From Eledone cirrhosa (lineage: Eukaryota): DNA of 64,000 nucleotides. Where the stretch lies: contig OZ024752.1 of assembly GCA_964016885.1 (NCBI GenBank), positions 8,122,001 through 8,186,000 on the forward strand, read 5' to 3'. Of the stretch, positions 53,141 to 64,000 are shown piece after piece. The stretch's first letter is position 1. Each line of letters starts with the position of its first letter. The notes below the pieces were generated by a model. That model had not been told where the DNA came from and searched no databases. It was given only the letters and a program-made list of their open reading frames with translations. Both the position numbers and the translations under genes were made by a program.

Positions 53141-53225
53141 ATACTGGCATGGGAAGGACGAAACGTTTTTGAGGCAATATTTTATGGTCAGATGCCCTTC
53201 CTGGCACCAACATATACATTTATTT

Positions 53226-53620
53226 CTTGGTCTGACATTTTCCAATGATTTGAATTGGAATGATTATATCACATTAATTGCCAAGTCTGCTGCCCAGAAA
53301 GTTGGTTCACTCTAACATGCCAGAATGTTTTTCACACATGAAAATACCATATTTCCTGGCATTGAAGACACTACTTTTTTCCTAAAATGAGTCTCACAAT
53401 TCTACCATGCGTCCTGGAGGCCAAAGGTTGTTTATTATTTTCTTTCAAATTTTTGGATGTCAAGGTTGTCTTCGGTGCTGGGAAGTATCTTACATATTTA
53501 TAAATCTACCATTCATCCTTTTATTGAGTACTGTTGCCACATCTGGTCTGGTGATTCTGCTGTTTACATTGAAAGTCTAGATAAGATCCAAAGAAGAATC
53601 ATCAAGATTATTGGTCCTGA
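53226..53620 (+). mobile_element. CR1/L2/Jockey-group LINE RT C-terminal remnant
   Basis: LGLTFSNDLNWNDYITLIAKSAAQKVGSL ... ILHIYKSTIHPFIEYCCHIWSG..LDKIQRRIIKIIG. Confidence 0.75.
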
Positions 53621-53630
53621 CTCGTCATAC

Positions 53631-53760
53631 CATCATCATTTTATGACTGCTTTTCCCTGCTTGCAAGGGTGGGATGGATCCTATTCAGCACAGCATCTCT
53701 CCATTCGTCACAGTCCTTTGTCATCTCTTCTGTGAGCTTCAGCAATCTGAGGTCAGCTCT
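53631..53760 (-). mobile_element. RTE 3' end
   Basis: Similar to 12118-12250. Confidence 0.75.
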
Positions 53761-54209
53761 TTTAAATGGAGCACCAAATTGGTAGCTAGGTCTCCCCATT
53801 TACAGTACTTCTCTTCTTCACCCACTTATTTCTGAGAGGGTCGTGGAGGAAGAGTCCTTAAACACTCCTTCCAAGCAAGTTGTCAAAAGCAACTGTCTCC
53901 AGCTGATCAGGCTGGGTCCTCCAAATGAGACCAGCCAAGCTCATGGATATTATCCAACCATCTTGCTGTGGGACTCCTGCCATTTTGTTTTACCCATAAA
54001 ATCTGTCCAGTGATTGTTTCCTGAGTCATTCTAACCACATGTCCATAGTACCAGAGCTGTTGTAATTCCTAAATGTAATCTGATGGTCCTAGTAAGTAGA
54101 TGAGAAAACAGAACCCTGATCCTCTCAGGGAAATGTCCTTGCTTAATATGTAGGAAAAGTGTAGGTAGAAATTCCATCCTCAGCTCCAAATGCCAACTAT
54201 GGGTACACA

Positions 54210-54505
54210 AAAGATGTAGTGGGATCTCAGGAAGTTTAGCTAAGAATGTAGGCTTTACATGTAGCATTTGCACTGAGGCAACAAGCAGCAAACGACTGCA
54301 AGAAACAAGTGCTACCAAACACTGGGAGATCTCAGAAGAAACAGTAGACAGCTTCTGCTACCTAGGTGACTGAATTAGCAGCTGAGGTGGGTGTTCTGAA
54401 GGTTCAGTAGCTTGAGTGAGAAAGGGATGGAAGAAGTTCGGGGAGCTGCTAGCTACAAAAGGTTTTTCCCTTAAAATGAAAGTCAGACTATTTGATGCTT
54501 AGCAG
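54210..54505 (+). mobile_element. RTE LINE RT remnant
   Basis: VDSFCYLGD*IS..GGCSEGSVA*VRKGWKKF..ATKGFSLKMKVRLFDA. Confidence 0.75.
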
Positions 54506-54839
54506 TGAGACCATAATTTACTCTCCAAAATATCAGGATCATAATGATGATGACTCATGTTGCTTTTGAACATTTGTAGAAGTCAGAAAAATAAGAAGCT
54601 GGGAGGGAATTCCATAGGCAAGATGTTCAAGGGAAGAAACTATCAGATTAGCATTTCTGATTCATCGACATCACTGTTTAACCTCCATTTTTACATGCTA
54701 GCATGGGTTAGGCGAGTTATCCTGTTATCAGCAATGCCAGATCAGGTAACCATGTCTTGCTCATACAGAACCGATTTTGGCTTGGTTTCTACAGCTGGTA
54801 GTTGCAGGTTATTCCAGGTTATTGCCCTCCTAGATGACT

Positions 54840-55310
54840 ATATAATTGTTTCTACATTTGGCACCAGGTCAGTAATTTGAAAAGGGAAAAGTCGATTACA
54901 TTGACCCAGTGCATTACTGGTACTTTATTTTGTCAACCCCGTAAGGATGAAAGGTAAAGCTAACCTCGGCGGGATTTGAACTCAGAATGCAAAGGGACAT
55001 AACTATATGCTGTAAAGCATGCCGTCTGACATTCTACTGATACTGCCAATAATTGTTTCTACTTTTGGCACAAGGCCAGCAATTATCCCAGTGTATTACT
55101 GGTACTTTCTTTTATCGACCTCGTAAGGATGAAAGGCAAAGTTAACCTCAGCGGGATTTGAACTCAGACCATGAATAATAATAATTTGGACTGGTATTTT
55201 ATTTATCAACCCTGAAAGGATGAAAGGTGAAGTGGGATTTGAACTCAGAATGTAAAGAATCAGAACAAATACAAAGAGATTTCATCTGACACTCTAATGA
55301 CTCTGCCAAT
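54840..55310 (-). mobile_element. Tandem cluster of three SINEs (second family)
   Basis: Three ggatgaaagg..gggatttgaactcag blocks. Confidence 0.75.
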
Positions 55311-55518
55311 TTTCTGAGATATAAAATCACTGACCTTAACATCTTGTTTGAAAGTTCTGGATGTATTATTTGTCAATAGCTCAGTTTTGATGGGATGAAT
55401 GTTTTGAAAATTGAGCCGTGGTCCACACAAGTTTGACAAACTGGTTTTCTCAGTATACAACCTATAAAGCACAAAAGGTAGCAAATATGCATGATTTTAA
55501 CTATGTCTCAAGCATTAG

Positions 55519-56612
55519 CCCATCAGCATTTACATTACTCTATATATACTATTGTATTTTCACAGTAAAGGCTTTACCTCACATAATATCTCACATAACA
55601 TTTACATTACTCTATATATACTATTGTATTTTCACAGTAAAGTCTTTACCTCACATAACATTTACATTACTCTATATATACTATTGTATTTTCACAGTAA
55701 AGTCTTTACCTCACATAATACCTCACATAACATTTACATTACTCTATATATACTATTGTATTTTCACAGTAAAGTCTTTACCTCACATAATATCTCACAT
55801 AACATTTACATTACTCTATGTATACTATTGTATTTTCACAGTAAAGTCTTTACCTCACATAACATTTACATTACTCTATATATACTATTGTATTTTCACA
55901 GTAAAGGCTTTACTCTCATAATATCTCACATAACATTTACATTAATCTATATACTATTGTATTTTCACAGTAAAGGCTTTACCTCACATAATATCTCACA
56001 TAACATTTACATTACTCTATATATTCTATTGTATTTTCACAGTAAAGTCTTTACCTCACATAACATTTACATTACTCTATATATACTATTGTATTTTCAC
56101 AGTAAAGGCTTTACCTCACATAATATTTACATTACTCTATATAACCTATTGTATATATAGAGTAATGTAAATGTTATGTGAGACATTATGTGAGGTAAAA
56201 CCTTTACCATGAAAATATAATAGTATATATAGAGTAATGTAAATGTTATGTGAGATATTATGAGAGTAAAGTCTTTACTGTGAAAATACAATAGTATATA
56301 TAGAGTAATGTAAATGTTATGTGAGATATTATGTGAGGTAAAGACTTTACTGTGAAAATACAATAGTATATATAGAGTAATGTAAATGTTATGTGAGATA
56401 TTATGTGAGGTAAAGCCTTTACTGTGAAAATACAATAGTATATATAGAGTAATGTAAATGTTATGTGAGATATTATGTGAGGTAAAGCCTTTACTGTGAA
56501 AATACAATAGTATATATAGAGTAATGTAAATGTTATGTGAGATATTATGTGAGGTAAAGCCTTTACTGTGAAAATACAATAGTATATATAGAGTAATGTA
56601 AATGGTAAAGGG
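55519..56612. repeat. Palindromic pair of tandem arrays (60/71-bp unit) derived from a piggyBac-MITE end
   Basis: About 9 forward units to ~56140, then about 6 reverse-complement units ending aaaggg-TTAA. Confidence 0.9.
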
Positions 56613-56787
56613 TTAAAGACAATATAGGTTAGAGATGATAGTGCCTGGCACCATGATAAAATACACCCAGTACACTCTTAGCAGTACACAAGCTAAGAGT
56701 CTCATGAGACTAGGGCTTATTTGCTTGCTGAGTGGGGTGGACCTCTCAAATCGGATTGTTTTCTCAAGTTGGTGTGACAAATTATTA

Positions 56788-57004
56788 ACCCCTTAGCATT
56801 TACATTACTCTATATTTACTATTGCATTTTTGTCGTAAAGGTTTTATCTCACATAATTATCCCACATAGTATCAAATCTATGAGATTCTTATATTATTTA
56901 TTTTGATAACAATACCTTAAGATCAGAGTGACCATTACAGCCAGTTTTAACAGAAAGAGGTGAGAGAATTCTGGCCGGATATGGTCAGTTTAAATTCTAA
57001 AGGG
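56788..57004. mobile_element. piggyBac-type MITE
   Basis: ttaa-ccccttagcatttac ... aaattctaaaggg-ttta. Confidence 0.8.
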
Positions 57005-57387
57005 TTTACACACAACAAACTTTATCTACAACCTCCTCACATCAACAAAACCTTTTTTGTTATATTGTTGATTCATCTTGTGAATAAAGTTGTTGACTTT
57101 CATTCAATGTCAGTCGACTTAACACCATATCGGATGTCTTTGTTGTTTAAAAATAATTATCAAATCTTAACTTATTTTAACTAGGTGCAGGCATGGCTGT
57201 GTAATTAATTAGTCTGACTTGCAAGCTGTGAGTTTTGAGGGTTCAATCATATTTTGGGGTTGACCATTACCTTGTGGGTGAAATTTGATAGATGGACACT
57301 GCAGAAATAAGTGTGTGTGTGCGTGTCTCTCTCTCTCTCTCTCTCTCTTTCTGTGCACGTGTGTGTGTGTGTGCGTGCATGCGTGTG

Positions 57388-57582
57388 AAGACTTACCAAC
57401 CTCTAAAAACCTAAACAGGGAGAACCATGAAAAAAATTGCCCCAAAACGGGGAGAAATGAGGCAAAATGGGGAGATTTTACATAATGAAAGCTATACCCA
57501 TTTTTACAAGAGAAGACATCTCTCACCTACCCCAAAGTGGGTGAGAGATCTCCCCGTTAGATGGGGAGAGTTGACAGGTCTG
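57388..57582. mobile_element. hAT-like MITE, inverted copy of 52958-53140
   Basis: Reverse-complement similarity along the full length; lies in a (GT)n tract. Confidence 0.75.
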
Positions 57583-58131
57583 GTGTGTGTGTATGTGTCT
57601 GTCTGTGTGCGTGTGTCCCCATGTCTGTGTCAATATTTATGTCCTATAACCTAGCAGTTTGACAAAAAGGCATTGATAAAATAAGATAAATACTGTGGTT
57701 GATATGATCACCTTTCAGGTAGTGCTTCAGTATGATTGCTATCTAAAGACCTTGGAATGAAGGAGATTTTCTTGAAGCATTTCAACTTCCAAACGTTGAA
57801 TCTGTGGAGGAAATAACCAGGGCCTCCAAGAGAAATCTTGCAAGGTGGTACAAGACCCCTTTGGGGCCCGAAACAGGCAAAGATTTTTCTCAAAATAGAT
57901 GTTGCATGGTTGCTGTGGGATCTTCTTAGGTCTTGGGCCCCAAAACAAAGTACCGAGTGGACTCTGCTCTCATAGGACTTGCAAATAACACCATATGTAT
58001 TTAAATTTTTCCATAGTAACCCTGTTCTAATTTCAACTATAGTAGCTTCCCATATTAGTACCAAAGTGGAGACAGCATAGTCAAATGGTTAAGCTGTTTG
58101 TTTCAGTATCATTAGGTCCTCGGTTCAATCT

Positions 58132-59225
58132 CATAGAACCAGGGGTGGGTTTGTTACATAGAACCAGGAGTGGATGTTATATAGAACCAGGAGTGGATTT
58201 GTTACATAGAACCAGGGGTGGGGTTGTTATATAGAACCAGGGTTGGGTTTGTTATATAGAACCAGAGGTGGGTTTGTTATATAGAACCAGGGGTGGGGTT
58301 GTTATATAGAACCAGGGGTGGGGTTGTTATATAGAACCAGAGGTGGGTTTGTTATATAGAACCAAGGGTGGGGTTGTTATATAGAACCAGAGGTGGGTTT
58401 GTTACAGAGAACTAGGGGTGGGTTTGTTATATAGAACCTGGGGTGGGGTTGTTATATAGAACCAGGGGTGGGTTTGTTATATAGAACCAGGGTTGGGTTT
58501 GTTATATAGAACCAGAGGTGGGTTTGTTACATAGAACCAGGGGTGGGTTTGTTATATAGAACCAGGGGTGGGTTTGTTATATAGAACCAGAGGTGGGTTT
58601 GTTACATAGAACCAGAGGTGGGTTTGTTACATAGAACCAGGGGTGGGTTTGCTATATAGAACCAGCGGTGGGTTTGTTACATAGATCCAGGGGTGGGTTT
58701 GTTACATAGAACCAGGGGTGGGGTTGTTATATAGAACCAGGGGTGGGGTTGTTATATAGAACCAGGGGTGGGGTTGTTACATAGAACCAGAGGTGGGTTT
58801 GTTACATAGAACCAGGGGTGGGGTTGTTACATAGAACCAGAGGTGGGTTTGTTACATAGAACCAGGGGTGGGTTTGTTATATAGAACCAGCGGTGGGATT
58901 GTTATATAGAACCAGGGGTGGGGTTGTTATATAGAACCAGGGGTGGGGTTGTTACATAGAACCAGGAGTGGTGTTGTTATATAGAACCAGGAGTGGATTT
59001 GTTACATAGAACCAGGGGTGGGTTTGTTACATAGAACTAGGGGTGGGTTTGTTACATAGAACTAATGGTGGGTTTGTTATATAGAACTAGAGGTGGGTTT
59101 GTTACATAGAACCAGAGGTGGGGTTGTTATATAGAACCAGGGTTGGGGTTGTTATATAGAACCAGGGGTGGTGTTGTTACATAGAACCAGGGGTGGGGTT
59201 GTTATATAGAACCAGGGGTGGGGTT
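58132..59225. repeat. 25-bp G-rich minisatellite, ~44 copies
   Basis: Unit [c/t]atagaaccaggggtgggtttgtta. Confidence 0.95.
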
Positions 59226-59468
59226 GGCCAGTTTGGGATTGAAAGGGTTAAAGAGAGTTTGTTGAAAGATTACATTGTTACATTAGGCTCATGCACTGTC
59301 ATACATTTTCATTCACTCATTTACACACCTATATACACACACACCTACACACACAGTCATCATATTTCAATACAAAGCTTTCCTGAGAAGTAATCCACAC
59401 CTACCTACCTTGACACTTGATCACCCTCCACCCCCTCCACCACCATGCTGTATGTGACAGTGTGCATG

Positions 59469-59502
<34 letters not shown>

Positions 59503-59610
59503 TACACACATTTATATATGTATGTATATATATATATATATATATAATATTGTTTAGCAGGGAAAGCAGGTGCTCAGCAATGATGACTACTATGATATAT
59601 ATATATATAT

Positions 59611-60140
59611 CATCATCATCATCGTTTAACGTCCATCTTCCACGCTAGCATGGGTTTGGACGGGAATTTTCCCACTTGAGGCAAGATTGGTCGTCTTGCT
59701 CAGGACTGTCTGGCAGGTTTTCTATGGCTGGATGCCTTTCCTAACACCAACCACGTTTACAGTGTGGACTGGGAGGTTTTTACCATGTTACCTACACGGC
59801 CACATTACAGCGTGGACTGTGTTTTTTTGTTGTGACACCTACATGGCCTCATTTATTTAGGACTGGATGTTGTGGTATCAACATAACTTTACATCGAAAG
59901 GGGTGGTGTGGATGGGGTGAGGGGATAGTGGGACGGGGGTGTATTTTAGTAAGAGGTGCCTACTGACTGTAGTAGGTTTCGCTTTGCACTTAGGCAAGGC
60001 GGGTCTTCTGTATTACTGCGTAGCGCCAAAGATCTCGGTCAGTGACATTGTCTTGGAGAGGTGTAAGTGTGTGAGGTCGGAATTTATCAAGTCATCCCAG
60101 GTTTTCCTGGGTCTGCCTACTCCGTGGCTACCGTCTATTT
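59611..60140 (-). mobile_element. RTE LINE 3' end (ORF end and long 3' UTR)
   Basis: Reverse-complement homolog of 60420-61070. Confidence 0.8.
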
Positions 60141-60347
60141 TCTTATATATATATATATAAAATTAAATTAAGGGTGTCATATCTGAGAGACATGCGCCAT
60201 ATCCACTATAGAATATGCTCAAGGATTCCAATGAATAGATCCCTGTAATTGTTTCATATGTTTATTTTATATATATATGTATATATATATATATATATAT
60301 GTCAATCAATTTCTAGTTGATATATATATATATATTGTTGTTTACTC

Positions 60348-61070
60348 GAGAGAAGGCTACGTTGGTATGGTCACGTGATGCGCATGAAAGACGACAGCTG
60401 TATAACAAAGTGGAGGGCAATAAAGATAGACGGTAGCTACGGAGTAAGCAGACCCAGAAAAACCTGGGACGAGCTGATAAATTCCGACCTCACATACTTA
60501 CACCTCTCCAAGACAATGTCACTGGACCGAGACCTTTGGTGGTACTCAGTAATAGAGAAGACCCGCCTTACCTAAATACAAAGTAAAACCTACTAGTCAG
60601 TAGGCATCTCTAACAAAATACACCCCCATCCCACCCCCCCACCCCATCCACACCGCCCCTTTCAATGTAAAGTTATGTTGGTGCCACAACATCCAGGCCG
60701 AAACATATGAGATCGTGTAGGTGTCACGACAAAAAAAACACACAGTCCACGCTGTAATGTGGCCGTGTAGGCAACAGGGTAAAAACCTGCCAGCCCCACA
60801 CTGTAAATGTGGTTGGTGTTAGGAAGGGCATCCAGCTGTAGAAAACCCGCCAGACAGTCCACGCTGTAATGTGGCCGTGTAGGCAACCCGGTAAAAACCT
60901 CCCAGCCCCACACTGTAAATGTGGTTGGTGTTAGGAAGGGCATCCAGCTGTAGAAAACCCGCCAGACAGTCCTATGCGAGCAAGACAATCACTCTTGCCT
61001 CAAGTGGGAAAACCCCCGTCCAAACCCATGCAAGCGTGGAACACGGACGTTAAACGATGATGATGATGAT
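60348..61070 (+). mobile_element. RTE LINE 3' end (ORF end, 3' UTR with internal duplication, (GAT)n tail)
   Basis: ERRLRWYGHVMRMKDDSCITKWRAIKIDGSYGVSRPRKTWDELINSDL. Confidence 0.85.
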
Positions 61071-61081
61071 ATATATATAAA

Positions 61082-61427
61082 TCATCATCATCATCATTTT
61101 ACGTCCGCTTTTCCCTGCTTGCAAGGGTGGGACGGGAACTGATTCTGGCTTCTGGCTTCATTTCAACAGCGGGATGCCCTTCCTAACACCAACCTCATTT
61201 ACAGTGAGTGCTGGGGGCTTCTTTTTCTGTGGCGCCTCCACGACCACTTTGCAGTGGAATGATATGGAACCCAGTCCCTATCATCTCATTTCTACAGCTG
61301 AGTAAACTGGAGCAATGTAAAATAAAGTGTCTTGCTCAAGGAAACAACACATCACCTGGTCTGAGAATTGAACTCACAACCTTTCGATTGCAAGGCCAAT
61401 GCTCTAACCACTAAGCCATGTGCCGTC
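61082..61427 (-). mobile_element. tRNA-derived SINE with RTE-type tail
   Basis: Near-identical reverse complement of 2546-2873. Confidence 0.85.
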
Positions 61428-61548
61428 ATATATATATGTCAAACCCACAAACATTCAGACAAGTCAGACCCCCACAAACACGTCAGATCACGCACAAAAA
61501 CAGATATAATGCCAAGCACATATAAATATATATATATATATATATATA

Positions 61549-61767
61549 GTAATAATAATAAATTTGAAGACTAAAATCCAAAGAGGGCTCGATAAGGATT
61601 AATATATATCATATATATAAGAACCGTAGAGCAAATATTTATTAAAATAACAGATTAAAGTTTAAGCAAAGAATCGTTGCTTTCACCCTTAACGGGATCT
61701 TCTGAAGATCCCGTTAAGAGTGAAAGCAGCGATTCTTTGCTTAAACTTTAATCTGTTATTTTAATAA

Positions 61768-61771
<4 letters not shown>
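61549..61771 (-). mobile_element. (TA)n-embedded foldback D, truncated copy of element B
   Basis: Arms 61635-61702 and 61704-61771; tail 61549-61634 matches 4028-4101. Confidence 0.85.
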
Positions 61772-61798
<27 letters not shown>

Positions 61799-61813
61799 TA
61801 TATATATACAACC

Positions 61814-61849
<36 letters not shown>

Positions 61850-61854
61850 ATATA

Positions 61855-62010
61855 AGTAGAAGGGATATTTAATTTGTTGGAAATTCAACAAATATAAATG
61901 TTTATAACTGATTCAGAGCACTCAACAGATTTCTGGAGTAAATATTCAATGATATTAAATAAATATGGTTTTATAAATATAGTTTCCATTTATTTAATAT
62001 CATTGAATTG
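61855..62010 (-). repeat. (TA)n-embedded tail plus short foldback E
   Basis: attcaatgatattaaataaat (from 61944) pairs with atttatttaatatcattgaat (to 62008). Confidence 0.7.
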
Positions 62011-62125
62011 TATATATATATATATATATACACATATATATGTGGGTGTGTGTGTGTGTGTGTATGTGCATGTTCGTATGTATTTATATATATGTATGTG
62101 TATATGTGTATTTATGTATATATAT

Positions 62126-62268
62126 CAAATTTCGTTTTTGAATTTGTTTTGCGAGATTTCTTATCTGAAAACGTGTGTAGAAACAGATATTGTTATACTT
62201 TGAGAGGGTCATGTTGTCAATTTATTGGCAACATGACCTTGCCAAAGTATAACAATAAATAAATATTT
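62126..62268 (-). repeat. (TA)n-embedded tail plus foldback F
   Basis: Near-perfect hairpin at 62188-62257 (~33-bp arms). Confidence 0.75.
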
Positions 62269-62452
62269 ATATATATGTGTGTGTGTGTGAGCAAGACATG
62301 GTCAGCTGACCTGGCATTGTTCACAACAGGATAACCAGCAAACCAGCACGACAGTGAAACATATGTAATATGTAACTAAATATGTATTTGATGCAATACT
62401 GATTCTTTGTTCCTTTTTAATATCATTATACATACATATATATATATATATA

Positions 62453-62602
62453 ACATGGGCGGTGGTGGTGAGAGCAGACCTCAGATCACTGAAGCTCACA
62501 GAGGAGATGACGAAGGACCGTAACAAATGGAGAGATGCTGTGCTTAATAAGACCTGTCCACTCTTGCAAGCAAGGAAAAACGGACGTAAAATGATGATGA
62601 TA
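62453..62602 (+). mobile_element. RTE 3' end
   Basis: Reverse complement of 12118-12265. Confidence 0.75.
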
Positions 62603-62694
62603 TATATATAAATATATATATTTATATATAGCTGTTGTATATACCCTGATACCCTGATGTAAGTTAACACCTGTTATACACACTCTGCAAGATA

Positions 62695-62749
<55 letters not shown>

Positions 62750-63096
62750 CATAATTAAACAAAAATATACAGAGATACAATTACACAAAGTCTTATTAGT
62801 TTAACGCTTGTAGGAAAAGGGGAAAAAAGCGTTGTCTTAATGTATTGGACCTTAGTCCTTCCTTGGAAGAGAAGATTGGAAGGGTGGAAAAAACAAAAAA
62901 TCAGATTTGTCATTATGGCTGATGTGGACAGTTAAGTGAAGGTGTAAATGGTCCAGGGTGTGGAAGGGAGGCGGAGAGGTGATGGTGTGGTGTGTGGTGT
63001 CTATCATTAGTACTGGTCTATTACAGGTGAGGTGCATTTTGTGAGTGTGTGGGTTGCTGAAGAATTCTATCTAACATTATCTTTGTTTGGTTACCA

Positions 63097-64000
63097 ACCA
63101 CTTTACAGAGTGTATTGTAACATGACACCAGCACTACCACTTTACAGAGTGTACTGTGTGTATTGTATCATGACACAAACACTACCACTTTACAGAGTGT
63201 ACTGGGTGTATTGTAACATGACACCAGCACTACCACTTTACAGAGTGTACTGACTGTATTGTATCATGACACCAGCACTACCACTTTACAGAGTGTACTG
63301 TGTGTATTGTATCATGACACAAACACTACCACTTTACAGAGTGTACTGGGTGTATTGTAACATGACACCAGCACTACCACTTTACAGAGTGTACTGACTG
63401 TATTGTATCATGACACCAGCACTACCACTTTACAGAGTGTACTGTGTGTATTGTATCATGACACAAACACTACCACTTTACAGAGTGTACTGGGTGTATT
63501 GTAACATGACACCAGCACTACCACTTTACAGAGTGTACTGGATGTATTGTATCATGACACCAACACTACCACTTTACAGAGTGTACTGGGTGTATTGTAA
63601 CATGACACAAACACTACCACTTTACAGAGTGTACTGGGTGTATTGTAACATGACACAAACACTACCACTTTACAGAGTGTACTGGGTGTATTGTAACATG
63701 ACACAAACACTACCACTTTACAGAGTGTACTGTGTGTATTGTATCATGACACAAACACTACCACTTTACAGAGTGTACTGGGTGTATTGTAACATGACAC
63801 AAACACTACCACTTTACAGAGTGTACTGGATGTATTGTATCATGACACCAACACTACCACTTTACAGAGTGTACTGTGTGTATTGTATCATGACACAAAC
63901 ACTACCACTTTACAGAGTGTACTGGGTGTATTATATCATGACACCAACACTACCACTTTACAGAGTGTACTGTGTGTATTGTATCATGACACCAACACTA
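63097..64000. repeat. 48-bp minisatellite derived from a SINE/RTE 3' region, runs off the window
   Basis: Unit accactttacagagtgtactgggtgtattgtaacatgacaccagcact; about 19 copies. Confidence 0.95.

Noticed and set aside
57708-58064. 118-aa ORF or possible exon
   Set aside because: No recognisable motif and no convincing pair of splice sites.
62770-62850. Minus-strand decayed hammerhead-like stem (aacgct..agcgtt) in a TA-flanked fragment
   Set aside because: Both core boxes are too degenerate to support a call.

Overview
AT-rich, repeat-dense animal genomic DNA. The SINE, MITE and RTE repertoire suggests an octopus or other coleoid cephalopod (inference). No intact protein-coding gene is visible; the long ORFs in the track are read-throughs of tandem repeats. 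The window holds six large minisatellite or satellite arrays, many tRNA-derived SINEs, decayed RTE and CR1-like LINEs, a piggyBac transposase relic with about 15 related TTAA MITEs, Tigger- and hAT-type MITEs, and a U6 snRNA pseudogene fused to a retroposon tail. A CpG-retaining, promoter-like domain (~44.7-52.8 kb) has candidate first and second exons of a minus-strand gene. The most interesting signal is a recurring class of inserts in (TA)n tracts, each built as an inverted truncated arm, a sense arm and an unpaired tail. Several carry type I hammerhead ribozyme folds: two canonical, one inactivated, and a family with a variant CAGAAGA core. This is consistent with Penelope-like retroelement or retrozyme termini. 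All folds were paired by eye and no database search was possible.
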